A stretch of 64,000 bases of DNA from Octopus bimaculoides (GCF_001194135.2 NC_068982.1:45828545-45892544), one strand, 5' to 3'; shown: positions 12,971-26,051, counted from the stretch's first letter. Made by a program: numbers and translations. Notes: a model not told the origin generated them from the letters alone.

Positions 12971-14514
12971 ATATANNNNNNNNNNNNNNNNNNNNNNNNN
13001 NNNNNNNNNNNNNNNNNNNNNNNNNNNNNNNNNATATATATATATATATAGCGACGTACGTACACTTTTGGTCTCCTGTATACATATACATATATATCTA
13101 AATTCTGTACGGCTCTTTCACTCTTTCCTTTAGTCCCCCTCACACTTCGATTTATTTCCACTTTTCTTTTCCTCGCTCCCCCTCTTTTTCTTACTTGTGT
13201 GCGCATATTTGTGTACATCTTGATATCATACAGCTTGGTAGGTAGATGGATAATATGTGTTCTTTCGAGTATCCATTCTGTAAAAGTGTATGCATGTTTT
13301 TATACATTTATATGTAAAAAAAATCTGTTAAACGTAGTTGGTAAGTACAGAGAAAACTGTAGTTTCAGCATTATTAGTAAAACTTGCTAAGTCACAAAAT
13401 CTTTGATTCATATAACTATAAAAATAGAAACCAAATAGGATTTTAGATCAGGGCTTGAGGACTGATCGAAAGTTCTTATGAACGAAAACACAAATACAAG
13501 GCCATTGCTTTAAAGAACTATTATTCAAAGCCTGGAAGGAGATCTCTCCATTTCCTAACAATGCCTAATTCATCATTTGTTATATGCACGTGTTTATGAT
13601 TTTGTTCTTCGCATCTTTTGACTTATCCTAAAGCGTTAACACAGAATCAGTCTTAGAACGTATTTTTACGACATATTCCTATGCACCAATAACTGTAGAA
13701 AATAATTTGCATTGCCTTGGATCACATACAATGTGATCGTCGTCAATGGATTATCAGTGTATGCTGTCGAATATAAAAAGTATCTGGTTTTTGGTACAGT
13801 CAGCACTTCTAGACAACTTTTTATTTAACTCTTCATGTCTGATATTTCATAGTGCTAATCACTGGGAGGCTCTGTCTTTTTAAAGCCTCCTGATGTGTAG
13901 TAGAGTGCTCGAAACATGATATAATGTATTGTAAGACATGTTACGAAGTATGATTACGCATAATTCCTTCATACCTTGTATCAAAAGTTGGCTCTGTTTA
14001 CAAGTGTGATGCTAAATAGTAGAAAGACATGATCACTGAGCATGAAATATTTTGGTGGAATGCTTTTGATCATAAGTCTGCTCAGTCAGAGTTGGCTCGG
14101 AGTTGAACAACACCAACAATTAATTTGTGCTGAAAAAATTAGAAAGCCTTGTCTGCCACCATATTTTTTACGTTCAATATTTCTATTGATTCACACACGC
14201 GCAAATATGCACGCACGCACGCACGCACACACAAACACACACACACACATACACACACCCATGCAGAGATGCTGCTTAATTAATCCGATCATATATGTGG
14301 TTGGATTAAATTATCGACACGTCACACTTTGAAAATATTGCGCATAAAGTAGAATGCGTATATTTCATTAGAAGTTGAAGCTTACTGAATCGTAATGCTA
14401 AGTTCCATTCTTCAAATGAATTAACGGTTAGAAACGTAAAGTTTTTTTTTCTCACGATCCACCACTACAGTCCACCAGACCTTAGTGTTGTTAAAAAAAA
14501 AAATTAAGGAATTA

Positions 14515-14552
<38 letters not shown>

Positions 14553-15417
14553 CTTTTTTTTTACTAACAACGAGAAACAAGCAATTGTTCAGACTCATTC
14601 GACTCTTATTATTGATCTGGCAGGTTAAAATATGTTAACATTCCTCAGTTGCAATGACTGTATATTCTTGATTGTTTTCTATTTTGTCTCTTTTTAACAC
14701 GATGTGAATGTTCTGAAGTTCCATGAAGGTCTGCGAAAGAATTAGCGGATTTAATTGCTAATAATGTTACACAAGTGAAACTAATGACATCGTTTTCAGT
14801 AAAGCAATCATGGTAATATAATAACAAATTAAAAAAATAAAGCGAAATATTACAAAAGTTAAATATTTGATAATAGGTTTCATCATTAAACGATAATAGA
14901 TGGTTTGATATTTTAGGTTATAAATCAGGTTTTTAACCAGACTAGCTTTTTTTTGCGGTGATGTAAAGCAACAGTGATAAAGATAATTAAAACAATGATA
15001 GAAAGTTAATTAAAATAAACAAAAAATATTTGATCTCAGTATTCGAATGATAAGTTGACAGTTCTTTGAGACTCATAATCAGAGTCAAAGACACACACTC
15101 AATCCCAAAGACTCAGTTTTTGGTAATGCATCAGTGATAAAGATAATTAAAATTATTTTATTTTAGAAATCAATAAAATAAAAGAAATAATATTGGTTTT
15201 AATTATTGAATTGCACAACCATAATTATTTCAGACTTTTGATCTGGGTTTCTATAACTCACACGATACTATTGCAGCAATAGGGAGACACTTGTCTCTGC
15301 GGTGGAATTTTCATACGTATATACATACATACATACATACATACATACATACACAATACATAACACACACACATCTAGATAGAAAGAGTAATAGTTTGAG
15401 AGAAATATATATATATA

Positions 15418-15494
<77 letters not shown>

Positions 15495-15944
15495 TGAATA
15501 GATAGACAAACATATTGATGTAAGGACTTCGGAAGTCCAGGTGAATGCCAAGTCAGTACCACAAAGGAGACCTAGGCTAACGGAATGTATAGGTAAGGGA
15601 AAAAAATGTATTCCGGTATTACAAATAATATTCCATACAAACTGCTAATCCTGGAAATATACTGATTGTGAGGTTGGTATATTCATCGAAGAGTATAAAT
15701 ATAAGGAAACACAGGAATGAAATTACACACATGCATACACTCACACACAGATGTATACGCACATGTATATGCTTACATATACATACACACAGAAATATAT
15801 ATACACATATGCATATATATATATATATATATAAATACAGTGTACATTTAAACACATAAGAGGTATCCCTCATAGGATTCCTTGTACGCTATAAAGAACA
15901 GCTAAGTTCCAAATGCACACTGTATTTATATGAATATATATGTC

Positions 15945-16169
15945 CCCTCTATTTGCCACAAGGGGAAATAGAGAGGACAAACAAGGACAGACAAAGGGGT
16001 TAAGCCGATTACATCGGCATCAGTGCGTAACTGGTACTTAATTTATCGACCCCGAAAGGATGAAAGGCAAAGTCGACCTCAACGGAATTTGAACTCAGAA
16101 CGTAACGATAGACGAAATATCGCTAAGCATTTCGCCCGACGTGCTAACGTTTCTGCCAGCTCACCGCCC
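15945..16169 (-). mobile_element. SINE family C (alternative 3' tail)
   Basis: Well-conserved head and body on the minus strand; the tail differs from other C copies. Confidence 0.9.
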
Positions 16170-16314
16170 TCACATAAAAATGTTCTTGTAATATCTATAA
16201 TGCTACATTCATGAAATGTTAACTATTAGCAATCTAACTGAGTGTAGCATTATAGATATTACAAGAACATTTTTATGCAGAACTCTTCGTATTCATTGAA
16301 TATATATTTTCTTC

Positions 16315-16520
16315 TTTCTACTGTAGGTATGACCTGGAAATTTGGTGGTGGGTGCTAGTCATTTATATCGATTACCAGTGCTCAATTGGTATTTATTGCA
16401 TCGAATTCAAAGATTGTAAAGCAAAATTGTCCTCGGTGGCATTTGAATCCAACACGAGAAGCCGGAAGAAATACTGCAAAGCACTTTGTTCGCCGAACCA
16501 ACGATTCTACTAGTTCGCCT
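16315..16520 (-). mobile_element. SINE family C (old, diverged)
   Basis: Colinear but degenerate reverse complement of 16548-16766. Confidence 0.75.
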
Positions 16521-16547
16521 CACATATTCATTATATATTTAGAGAAA

Positions 16548-16766
16548 AAGGTGGCAAGCTGGCAGAATCGTTAGCACGCTGGACGAAATGCTTAGCGGTA
16601 TTTCACCCGTCGCTACGTTCTGAGTTCAAATTCCGCCTAGGTCGACTTTGCCTTTCATCTTTTCGGGGTTGATAAATTAAGTACCAGTTCAGTACTGGAG
16701 TCGATGTAATCTACTAGTCCCCTCCCCGAAAATATCAGGCCTTCTGCCTATAGTAGAAAGGATTAT
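16548..16766 (+). mobile_element. SINE family C
   Basis: GGCAAGCTGGCAGAATCGTTAGC head, GAGTTCAAATTCC B-box, GGTCGACTTTGCCTTTCATC body, AGTAGAAAGGAT tail. Confidence 0.92.
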
Positions 16767-17695
16767 ATATTTAGAGAGAGAGAGAGAGCATATGAGATTC
16801 AGATAATTGAAATTCCGTTAACGAATAAAGCTTCTATGCAGTCACTTGACATTCGAGAAATAGCAACCGATGATATCTCGTATCACACATTACCTCCTTC
16901 AAAAAGAAAAAAAAATACCCCCAAAAAACTAAAGACGAATTGGAAACTGCACACCAGGATATACAAGAACATTTGACACTCATGACCAGATCGCTTTTGA
17001 TCTTTGATCTAATCTGTCTCAAAGCATTGACATACTGGGAAATTGCCCAGGGGCCTCACAGATCAAGTGTACTAGTTCTGATCTCTGTATGTTGGAGTTG
17101 TCAATGAATATATGTTATAAGGCCTACTGCATTGATTTGTCCAGGAACTATATTACTACTAAGACGGCTCTGCAGTCTGGGGTAACTTGGGGCTTATAAA
17201 AAAACTACGACATAGCATTTTGTTAGAAAGTGATCTCTGTGATCTCTGTCCAAACAAGAATATCTCACTATAAATACAATTTGGAGAATAAGCATCCTTA
17301 GACTCTTCTCCGGTGTTTGATGAGATACTCATGAGGCATAGCTGAACTTCATCAGAACTGAACAACACAAGGCAGCATCGACAATGACATTAACAACAGC
17401 AACAGCATTAGTATCATCTACCACACGAGCATTAACATTAAAAATCATCATTCGAATTTTTGCATAGGAAGACTATGTAAAGTTATGTTTCTGGCGTCAT
17501 GCAGTACAAGTAAGTTTATACGTGCACACGCACAAAACGATACGCTAACGCATAGTCACTTCATGTTACTAACAACTTCAAAATCACAGCCAAGCACTCC
17601 GGGTTAAGTTCATTATCATGAGACTTGGCTGCCTTGCACACCTGCTTCACTTAACGTGTGATCTGCTCTTTGTCATATGAATCTACTTAAACCAC

Positions 17696-17744
<49 letters not shown>

Positions 17745-20130
17745 NNNNNNNNNNNNNNNNNNNNNNNNNNNNNNNNNNNNNNNNNNNNNNNNNNNNNNNN
17801 NNNNNNNNNNNNNNNNNNNNNNNNNNNNNNNNNNNNNNNNNNNNNNNNNNNNNNNNNNNNNNNNNNNNNNNNNNNNNNNNNNNNNNNNNNNNNNNNNNNN
17901 NNNNNNNNNNNNNNNNNNNNNNNNNNNNNNNNNNNNNNNNNNNNNNNNNNNNNNNNNNNNNNNNNNNNNNNNNNNNNNNNNNNNNNNNNNNNNNNNNNNN
18001 NNNNNNNNNNNNNNNNNNNNNNNNNNNNNNNNNNNNNNNNNNNNNNNNNNNNNNNNNNNNNNNNNNNNNNNNNNNNNNNNNNNNNNNNNNNNNNNNNNNN
18101 NNNNNNNNNNNNNNNNNNNNNNNNNNNNNNNNNNNNNNNNNNNNNNNNNNNNNNNNNNNNNNNNNNNNNNNNNNNNNNNNNNNNNNNNNNNNNNNNNNNN
18201 NNNNNNNNNNNNNNNNNNNNNNNNNNNNNNNNNNNNNNNNNNNNNNNNNNNNNNNNNNNNNNNNNNNNNNNNNNNNNNNNNNNNNNNNNNNNNNNNNNNN
18301 NNNNNNNNNNNNNNNNNNNNNNNNNNNNNNNNNNNNNNNNNNNNNNNNNNNNNNNNNNNNNNNNNNNNNNNNNNNNNNNNNNNNNNNNNNNNNNNNNNNN
18401 NNNNNNNNNNNNNNNNNNNNNNNNNNNNNNNNNNNNNNNNNNNNNNNNNNNNNNNNNNNNNNNNNNNNNNNNNNNNNNNNNNNNNNNNNNNNNNNNNNNN
18501 NNNNNNNNNNNNNNNNNNNNNNNNNNNNNNNNNNNNNNNNNNNNNNNNNNNNNNNNNNNNNNNNNNNNNNNNNNNNNNNNNNNNNNNNNNNNNNNNNNNN
18601 NNNNNTATATATATATATATATATATATATATGAAGAAAGTAGAAGCTTAGAGTAAGTTTTTGAAGGAAACTGAAGGATAGAGAGAAAGAGAGAAAATAG
18701 TGAAGTAAAAAAAGTAAATCCGAAGAACAGAAACAAGCAAAAGTTTAAAGGAAAGAGGGTAGGGTGGGAGAGGGTGAGGAGGGAAAGAAGTAGGCATCTT
18801 GTTTGAATGTGGGAAGAAGAAAACGTACCAGTCAGCAAAATAGAAAGTAAATGCGCGCACACGAGAGAGTGTGCCTACGTAGGTGAGCATGGGAGAGAGA
18901 GCAAAGAAAGCGAGAAAAGCAAGCAAACAAACAAAACACTTGGTTCATTTAAACATAAATGCGTGCATGTATGTGTGAATATATGTACACACGCATATGT
19001 CTGTCCGCAAGTATGCATACACGCACACACACACACGCACACATTTATATATTATGAAACCTTCCTATGTATTAAATAAGAATGTAAAAACATACATAAT
19101 AACCAGGCGATGTGTGTGAAATACGGAGGGCATCTCCTATGGAATGTTTTACGGTTTGCTGAGCACTCCTCTGATCGGAACCAGTTTTCCTTCTCCAATC
19201 AACGGCATAGATCAACTACTAAGAAAGCACTCATAAATTAAGCAAATACGTTAGTGGATACTCTGATTTGCATATTTGTGCTTCTGATGGCTCGTTCTTA
19301 ATTAGATTATAATCTATGCACAATACAGCGTAATTCAGAAGAATTTAAGTAAATATAACCATAAAGCTTCAGTGTAGGTTACATAACAATATGGATGTAT
19401 AGGCATTCCCTCTATATCTTTGTTGACCAGACAAAAAAAGGTCCTGACAGAACGTTTCCCGCTTCCTTAAATGTTTGTGTCTTTCGTGCATGTGTCGACT
19501 TCCAGTAATTGAAATTATTACCACTACCATTAATTTCATACGTATCGAAGAAGCTGCAAGTGTCATGTCCCTTCCCCACAAATAGCAAATGATACATACT
19601 TATATAGAAACATTCATACCATCCCATATATATATAAATATATAAATGTAAATATNNNNNNNNNNNNNNNNNNNNNNNNNNNNNNNNNNNNNNNNNNNNN
19701 NNNNNNNNNNNNNNNNNNNNNNNNNNNNNNNNNNNNNNNNNNNNNNNNNNNNNNNNNNNNNNNNNNNNNNNNNNNNNNNNNNNNNNNNNNNNNNNNNNNN
19801 NNNNNNNNNNNNNNNNNNNNNNNNNNNNNNNNNNNNNNNNNNNNNNNNNNNNNNNNNNNNNNNNNNNNNNNNNNNNNNNNNNNNNNNNNNNNNNNNNNNN
19901 NNNNNNNNNNNNNNNNNNNNNNNNNNNNNNNNNNNNNNNNNNNNNNNNNNNNNNNNNNNNNNNNNNNNNNNNNNNNNNNNNNNNNNNNNNNNNNNNNNNN
20001 NNNNNNNNNNNNNNNNNNNNNNNNNNNNNNNNNNNNNNNNNNNNNNNNNNNNNNNNNNNNNNNNNNNNNNNNNNNNNNNNNNNNNNNNNNNNNNNNNNNN
20101 NNNNNNNNNNNNNNNNNNNNNNNNNNNNNN

Positions 20131-20161
<31 letters not shown>

Positions 20162-20261
20162 AGGTTAAAAAAACACGGGCACGAACATGATCAGAATAGA
20201 TGGTAGGGAAAGACCTTATCAGTGAACGGCCATTTGAATTTGAATTTGAATTTGAAAGTGT

Positions 20262-20640
20262 ATAGGCTTCTCAAAAGTAGAACGGAGAAAGCTGATTCGA
20301 AGACTACAGATCCAAGCCACCACTGGAACTCTAAAAATCTGCAAAGCTTTCCAGGCATTTATCATTTAAGTATATATGAGCATGTCTAGATATGCAGGTA
20401 TAATCATGAGAATACATAGATAAAACAAAACATACAAATCTGCACATATACATACATACATACATACAAAAATACCCAGTTGTTGAAGTTGAAATTCCAA
20501 TGAAGGAGCTTTGGATCTAGGTTAGAAACCGAATCTCTCTCTATTGGCAACAAATCTTGAAATAAAACTGAATAATGACATACATACATAAATACATAAA
20601 TACATACATACATACATACATACATGCATGCATACATATA
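20262..20640 (+). mobile_element. 3' end of an RLE-type (R4/Dong-like) non-LTR retrotransposon, copy 1
   Basis: 20262-20369 translates IGFSKVERRKLIRRLQIQATTGTLKICKAFQAFII*; followed by a putative 3' UTR ending in (TACA)n; clade inferred from motif similarity only. Confidence 0.6.
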
Positions 20641-21030
20641 AACTCTTATTTGTACCTAACATTATAGATACATTAGGTTATGTACCAATAAATTTACACA
20701 AAACTTAGAAATACTAGGTTTTTCGAAGAAACAGCAAAAGAAACTGACGCAGATTCTCCGAACACAATCTTTTAGTGGTACAGTGAAAATTTGTAAGACA
20801 TTCCAAAGATTCTTCAATTGAGATTCTTTAGGTAAATAGAGGCACACACTCGGATGTGTGCATCAACAGCTTCGCCAACCCACCAACTCAACCACACATT
20901 CACAAACACCAGAGACTCCCTTGACACAAAATGTCCTGTCACTTTCTTAGCGACCGGCTTGCTATCTCTTAAAAAGGCTTTAAAAGGCAAAGAAAAGCAT
21001 ACGTATATACATACATACATACATTCATAT
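20641..21030 (+). mobile_element. 3' end of a related RLE-type non-LTR retrotransposon, copy 2
   Basis: LLFVPNIIDTLGYVPINL / (frameshift) TQNLEILGFSKKQQKKLTQILRTQSFSGTVKICKTFQRFFN* (stop 20819-20821) is homologous to copy 1; different 3' UTR ending in (TACA)n. Confidence 0.6.
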
Positions 21031-22480
21031 ATACATTTGTGTGTAAGTGTGTTTGGGTATGTATGCATCTTTATGCCTGCGTGTATACGTATATACATTG
21101 GTGTTAATTACAATTACCTTGATCTATGTTTGTGACGTCACAGCAAAATTATATTATTCACATTGCCAAATTCAGAAAAAAGAAACAGTAAAGAAATTGC
21201 CAGGTGTTCTCAGCTTCAAAAAACTCTAAAGTGACTTTTGAAAATCATGAGAACCTAGTTGCTAATCACATTTGTTCATTAACTCGCGTTTTATCCAGAA
21301 ATAATCTTCACAGCAAGACTAAGTTTGTTTAAATACACTTAAAGATTTATTTTCTTACTTTCGTTTGAGTAAGTTAAAAAAACGGTTAACACTAAAACCT
21401 TTTGGCTTTTTTGTTTTTCTTTTTCAATGAAATATATTTAAGTGTTTAGCATTCTGCAAGTTTACATTAACCTANNNNNNNNNNNNNNNNNNNNNNNNNN
21501 NNNNNNNNNNNNNNNNNNNNNNNNNNNNNNNNNNNNNNNNNNNNNNNNNNNNNNNNNNNNNNNNNNNNNNNNNNNNNNNNNNNNNNNNNNNNNNNNNNNN
21601 NNNNNNNNNNNNNNNNNNNNNNNNNNNNNNNNNNNNNNNNNNNNNNNNNNNNNNNNNNNNNNNNNNNNNNNNNNNNNNNNNNNNNNNNNNNNNNNNNNNN
21701 NNNNNNNNNNNNNNNNNNNNNNNNNNNNNNNNNNNNNNNNNNNNNNNNNNNNNNNNNNNNNNNNNNNNNNNNNNNNNNNNNNNNNNNNNNNNNNNNNNNN
21801 NNNNNNNNNNNNNNNNNNNNNNNNNNNNNNNNNNNNNNNNNNNNNNNNNNNNNNNNNNNNNNNNNNNNNNNNNNNNNNNNNNNNNNNNNNNNNNNNNNNN
21901 NNNNNNNNNNNNNNNNNNNNNNNNNNNNNNNNNNNNNNNNNNNNNNNNNNNNNNNNNNNNNNNNNNNNNNNNNNNNNNNNNNNNNNNNNNNNNNNNNNNN
22001 NNNNNNNNNNNNNNNNNNNNNNNNNNNNNNNNNNNNNNNNNNNNNNNNNNNNNNNNNNNNNNNNNNNNNNNNNNNNNNNNNNNNNNNNNNNNNNNNNNNN
22101 NNNNNNNNNNNNNNNNNNNNNNNNNNNNNNNNNNNNNNNNNNNNNNNNNNNNNNNNNNNNNNNNNNNNNNNNNNNNNNNNNNNNNNNNNNNNNNNNNNNN
22201 NNNNNNNNNNNNNNNNNNNNNNNNNNNNNNNNNNNNNNNNNNNNNNNNNNNNNNNNNNNNNNNNNNNNNNNNNNNNNNNNNNNNNNNNNNNNNNNNNNNN
22301 NNNNNNNNNNNNNNNNNNNNNNNNNNNNNNNNNNNNNNNNNNNNNNNNNNNNNNNNNNNNNNNNNNNNNNNNNNNNNNNNNNNNNNNNNNNNNATAAAAT
22401 TCTCAAGGAGAGAGAATGAGAGAAGGAGAGTAAGCGCACAAATACGTAAAAATGCAGATATATGACTATGTGAATACATA

Positions 22481-22526
<46 letters not shown>

Positions 22527-22542
22527 TGTATGTATATATGTA

Positions 22543-22580
<38 letters not shown>

Positions 22581-22621
22581 ATGTATATATATGTGTGCGC
22601 GTATATATACATACACACACA

Positions 22622-23514
22622 GAGGGTGCGATGGATAAATTGTCACCTTATAATATTTTTAATTTCGCACATGTGCATTTTTTTGTTTTTGATTTTGTAG
22701 ATTACACAGTATAGCAGGGTAAGTTGGGTGCCGTCTGTGAGAAGCACGGCACCATGACGCAATTCACTCTGCCAGAAATTTGGAAACGACATGCTGTACT
22801 GCTTGGCATTCGCGCCGGAAGCTTCAATACGAACATTTCAGAGTGTTTGGGTGTAAATCGGAGGATAGTGCAATCAGAGGACATGTACCAAGAGTGATGA
22901 AAATCAAGCATCCAGTCAATATCATGGTGTTTGGAGTGATCACTAGTGATGGCGTCGTTATATATTCATTCATCTTCCCACACAACCTCAGACTCAACAC
23001 TGAGGCCTACATCAAATGCCTGGTGGAGTTAATGCTGGTCTGAATGAAGAGGGTGGCTGCTGGAATACCCTGTATCTGGCAACAAGGCTCTGCACCATAC
23101 CACACAAACAGGAGAACCCAGTCATGCCTGTCAGACAATTTCTGCGACCACATCACCCCTAACATCTGGTCACCTAACTTCTCAGACTGCAACCCCATAG
23201 ATTATTATGTGTGGGGCACAGTTGAGCGAGAAATCAGCAAAGCTCCTTGTAACACCAAAGATGAACTGAAGACCAGGATTATGGCAGTATATTAACCAAC
23301 TTAAACAAGGAAACTGTCCAGAAGAGTTGCCTGAAGATTCCGAAGTCGTCTGGAGGCCGTGGTTGAAGCCAATGACGATTTTATTGAATAAATTTACTCT
23401 TTAGTATTTCAAGATATTTTTATGTAATTTTGATGAATATATCTGTTAAAATAAGATCTCAGTGTTATTTTCATCTTCGTGTAATTTAGACGACAATATA
23501 TTCACCGCATCATG
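22622..23514 (+). mobile_element. Internally deleted Tc1/mariner DD37D (maT) transposon with transposase pseudogene
   Basis: N-terminus MTQFTLPEIWKRHAVLLGIRAG at 22754; catalytic region WQQ(D>G)SAPYH...WSPNFSDCNPIDYYVWG has 37 residues between the 2nd and 3rd catalytic positions; stop at 23041 and frameshifts; degenerate TIRs (19/26) at 22623-22648 and 23488-23513. Confidence 0.9.
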
Positions 23515-23520
23515 CACGCT

Positions 23521-23571
<51 letters not shown>

Positions 23572-23651
23572 TATTATATATAGTTTCTGGTTTGCTTCTT
23601 TGCCAAACCACTCCTGTCTCTGGTCATTTTAGTTTTTACTACGCCATTTGC

Positions 23652-23695
<44 letters not shown>

Positions 23696-23970
23696 TTTGT
23701 TTGCTCTTTGTTTGTTTTTTGTTACCACCTGCAATTTTATGTGTATTGACATAGTTTCACTAGGCACAAGGCCAAGTATTTATTTGTTTGTTGATTTATA
23801 TATTTCACAGAGAAGAAGAATACATTAATTCAATTGCCTCATTGCTTCCCAGTGGATTCCTTCAGCTTATTTTCTCCAATCCCAGGAGGAGGAATGGCAA
23901 ATAAGATTATTTTTGGAAAGAGTAATGCGACGTCAACAACAACAACAACAACAAAATATGTGTATATATA

Positions 23971-24385
23971 GGCGCAGGCATGGCTGTGTGGTAATAAGGT
24001 TGCTTCCCGATCACATGGTTCCGGATCCAGTCCCACAGCGAGGCACTTTGGGCAAGTGTCTTCTACTGTAGTCTCGGGCCGACCAAATCCTTGTGATTGG
24101 ATTTCGCAGATGAAACTGAAAGAAGCCTGTCGTATATCAATATATATGTGTGTGTGTGTTTTGAGTCTGTATTTGTCCTCCTACACGCACACTCACCGCT
24201 TGACAACCGGTGCTTGTGAGTTTATATCCTCGTAACTTAGCTATTTGCTAAAAGAGATCAATAGAAGAAGGACCAGGCTTTAGCAAAAATAAGTATTGGG
24301 GTCGATACATTTGACTAAAAATTCTTCAATGTAGTGCCCCAGCATGGCCGCAGTCTAATGACTCAAACAAGTAAAAGGTAAAAGG
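23971..24385 (+). mobile_element. SINE family B
   Basis: GGCGCAGGCATGGCTGTGTGG head, CTTTGGGCAAGTGTCTT, internal (TG)n, tail AAACAAGTAAAAGGTAAAAGG. Confidence 0.9.
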
Positions 24386-24494
24386 TTTTTATTGAAGTGC
24401 TAAATGAAAGAGTCCGGTGTTTCATTACACTAATCCTATGCAGCTTCTGTAGGTATTTTTGAAGTGTTATCTACGTTGTTGATTTTCATGTTTT

Positions 24495-24670
24495 ACACGC
24501 ATTGGCATTTGATTGGCATTTGCTAGTCAAAACAGAGGACGCCCTAAAAATGGCTGGAGGAAGGATACTAAAGCAGAACTGGAAAAGCAGGGATCCATTT
24601 GAAGAGAAACAGAAAATACAGGCCAATGTCCCTCTATATGGAGTGAACGGCTTATATAATTCTTTCTACT
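24495..24670 (+). pseudogene. Degraded RTE-clade LINE ORF C-terminus
   Basis: Translates RGRPKNGWRKDTKAELEKQG, resembling the RGRP..W.RD..A.L motif at RTE C-termini; stops present. Confidence 0.5.
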
Positions 24671-24679
24671 CGTACAATA

Positions 24680-24881
24680 GGCAAAAGTCCTGAAACTTTG
24701 GGAGGGAGGGAGATACTCGATTACATCGAACTCAATGGTTAACTGGTACTTATATTATCAACAACATAGGATGAAAATCAAAAGTCGGCGTCGGCAGAGT
24801 TTGAACTTAGAACGTGTAGCCGAAATAAATGCCACTAATCATTTTTTCCGGTGTGCTATGGATTCTACCAGTTCGACACTT
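24680..24881 (-). mobile_element. SINE family C (diverged)
   Basis: Reverse complement of the head, B-box and body is recognisable. Confidence 0.75.
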
Positions 24882-25340
24882 TGAAAGGTTTGATTATTAA
24901 TAATCAACCCTGCCATTTCCGTTATGACATCCCTGTTCTGTTCTTCGGTATTTCATATCAAGAATTGCATTATCCAACATGAATCCGCCTGTTTAGGATT
25001 ATAGGTTATAATTTGAGAGAGATATTGCGTGATTATATAGAGGTTCCGTTGTGTATTTGTCTCCATGATTTAATGACGTCAGAAATGAAGATTGACAATG
25101 TTTCGTTTAATTATTGCATGGCTCAGTTACGGAGGAAAAGGAAGCGTATGGAGCTTATTTAAATTTTTCTTTTGTCAGGTCTCAGGAACTGATGTGAGAA
25201 AAGAATGAAGAAAGCACCCCTCATAAATTATGCTCAAACCTATAAACCTGTTCTGAAATCTTGCAGTCAATCAGACATTGTTAAAGACACTAAATGGCTT
25301 GGTGTTGTGGTTTAAGTCTATCATCTTAGAACTATTACAA

Positions 25341-25822
25341 TTATCATGCAATGGTGGTGCTGACCGCCTTCCACGCCATACCACCTTTAATGAAATCATA
25401 AAATATGACCTAGACGCCGCAAGCTTCCCTTCCCAACTCGAGCCAGTGGGGCTAGACGGTAAAATGGCTGACGGTGTGACAATTTTCCCGTTCTGTGGTG
25501 GTAGGCTCCCTCTTCCGGGATGCCACATACTGTGACACCTCCAGCGGTAACTTGGTATGTTCAACTACCAGCCCGGGCTCCGTTGCTTGTCAGGCTGAGA
25601 AAAACAAACTCTCAAAGTGTCGGTCGCTCTCTGACAAGTTTATGGCTGAGTCTGTGAAAATGCAGACCTCCGGCGTTCTCAGCCCCCAGACCTTACCCCG
25701 TGGAGATGGCTATCCGTAGGTGACTGTTCCAGCGCTTCTCCCTCGCCGTCCTCCGGAGCAAAGCCATTTCTATTCTGTCTGCTGGGACTAAGAGGCGGTT
25801 TGAATTACACAAATATAGATAA
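25341..25822 (+). pseudogene. CRE-like non-LTR retrotransposon C-terminus (Zn-knuckle remnant plus restriction-like endonuclease)
   Basis: Across frameshifts: LSCNGGADRLPRHTTFNEIIK...PSQLEPVGL-DGKMADGVTIFP..GR / SLFRDATYCDT...AEKNKLSKC...QTSGVLSP / LFQRFSLAVLRSKAISIL, matching the LSC..RH, EP.GL..DG.RPDG, WD.T..DT, AE..K..KY, ET.G and QR.S.A..R.N motif order of CRE-type RLE domains. Confidence 0.78.
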
Positions 25823-25877
25823 CTCTATTTACATTATTTACATTTGACGGATATTTGTCCCAATCTTGTTTGTTTTT

Positions 25878-25920
25878 AACACGTTTCGGCTGATATACCC
25901 TCCAGCCTTCATCAGGTGTC
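25878..25920 (-). ncRNA. Hammerhead ribozyme core (stem I 3' strand apparently damaged)
   Basis: GACAC-CTGATGA-A-GGCTG(gagggtatat)CAGCC-GAA-ACGT-GTT; lacks the unpaired cleavage nucleotide seen in the 47547-47588 copy. Confidence 0.65.
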
Positions 25921-25968
25921 TTGGGGGAAATTTCGAACCTGGGTTCTCATTCCTAAGGTATTTTTCGA

Positions 25969-26035
<67 letters not shown>

Positions 26036-26051
26036 GTTATTATTATTATTC

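Noticed and set aside
13865-13920. GGAGGC/GCCTCC hairpin followed by CTGATG...CTCGAAACATG
   Set aside because: The core is broken and there is no stem I; could be a very old PLE end but is unsupported
13975-14129. Minus-strand segment with a strong acceptor and a CAAG/GTATGA donor
   Set aside because: Stops in all three frames; could only be non-coding, and there is no expression evidence
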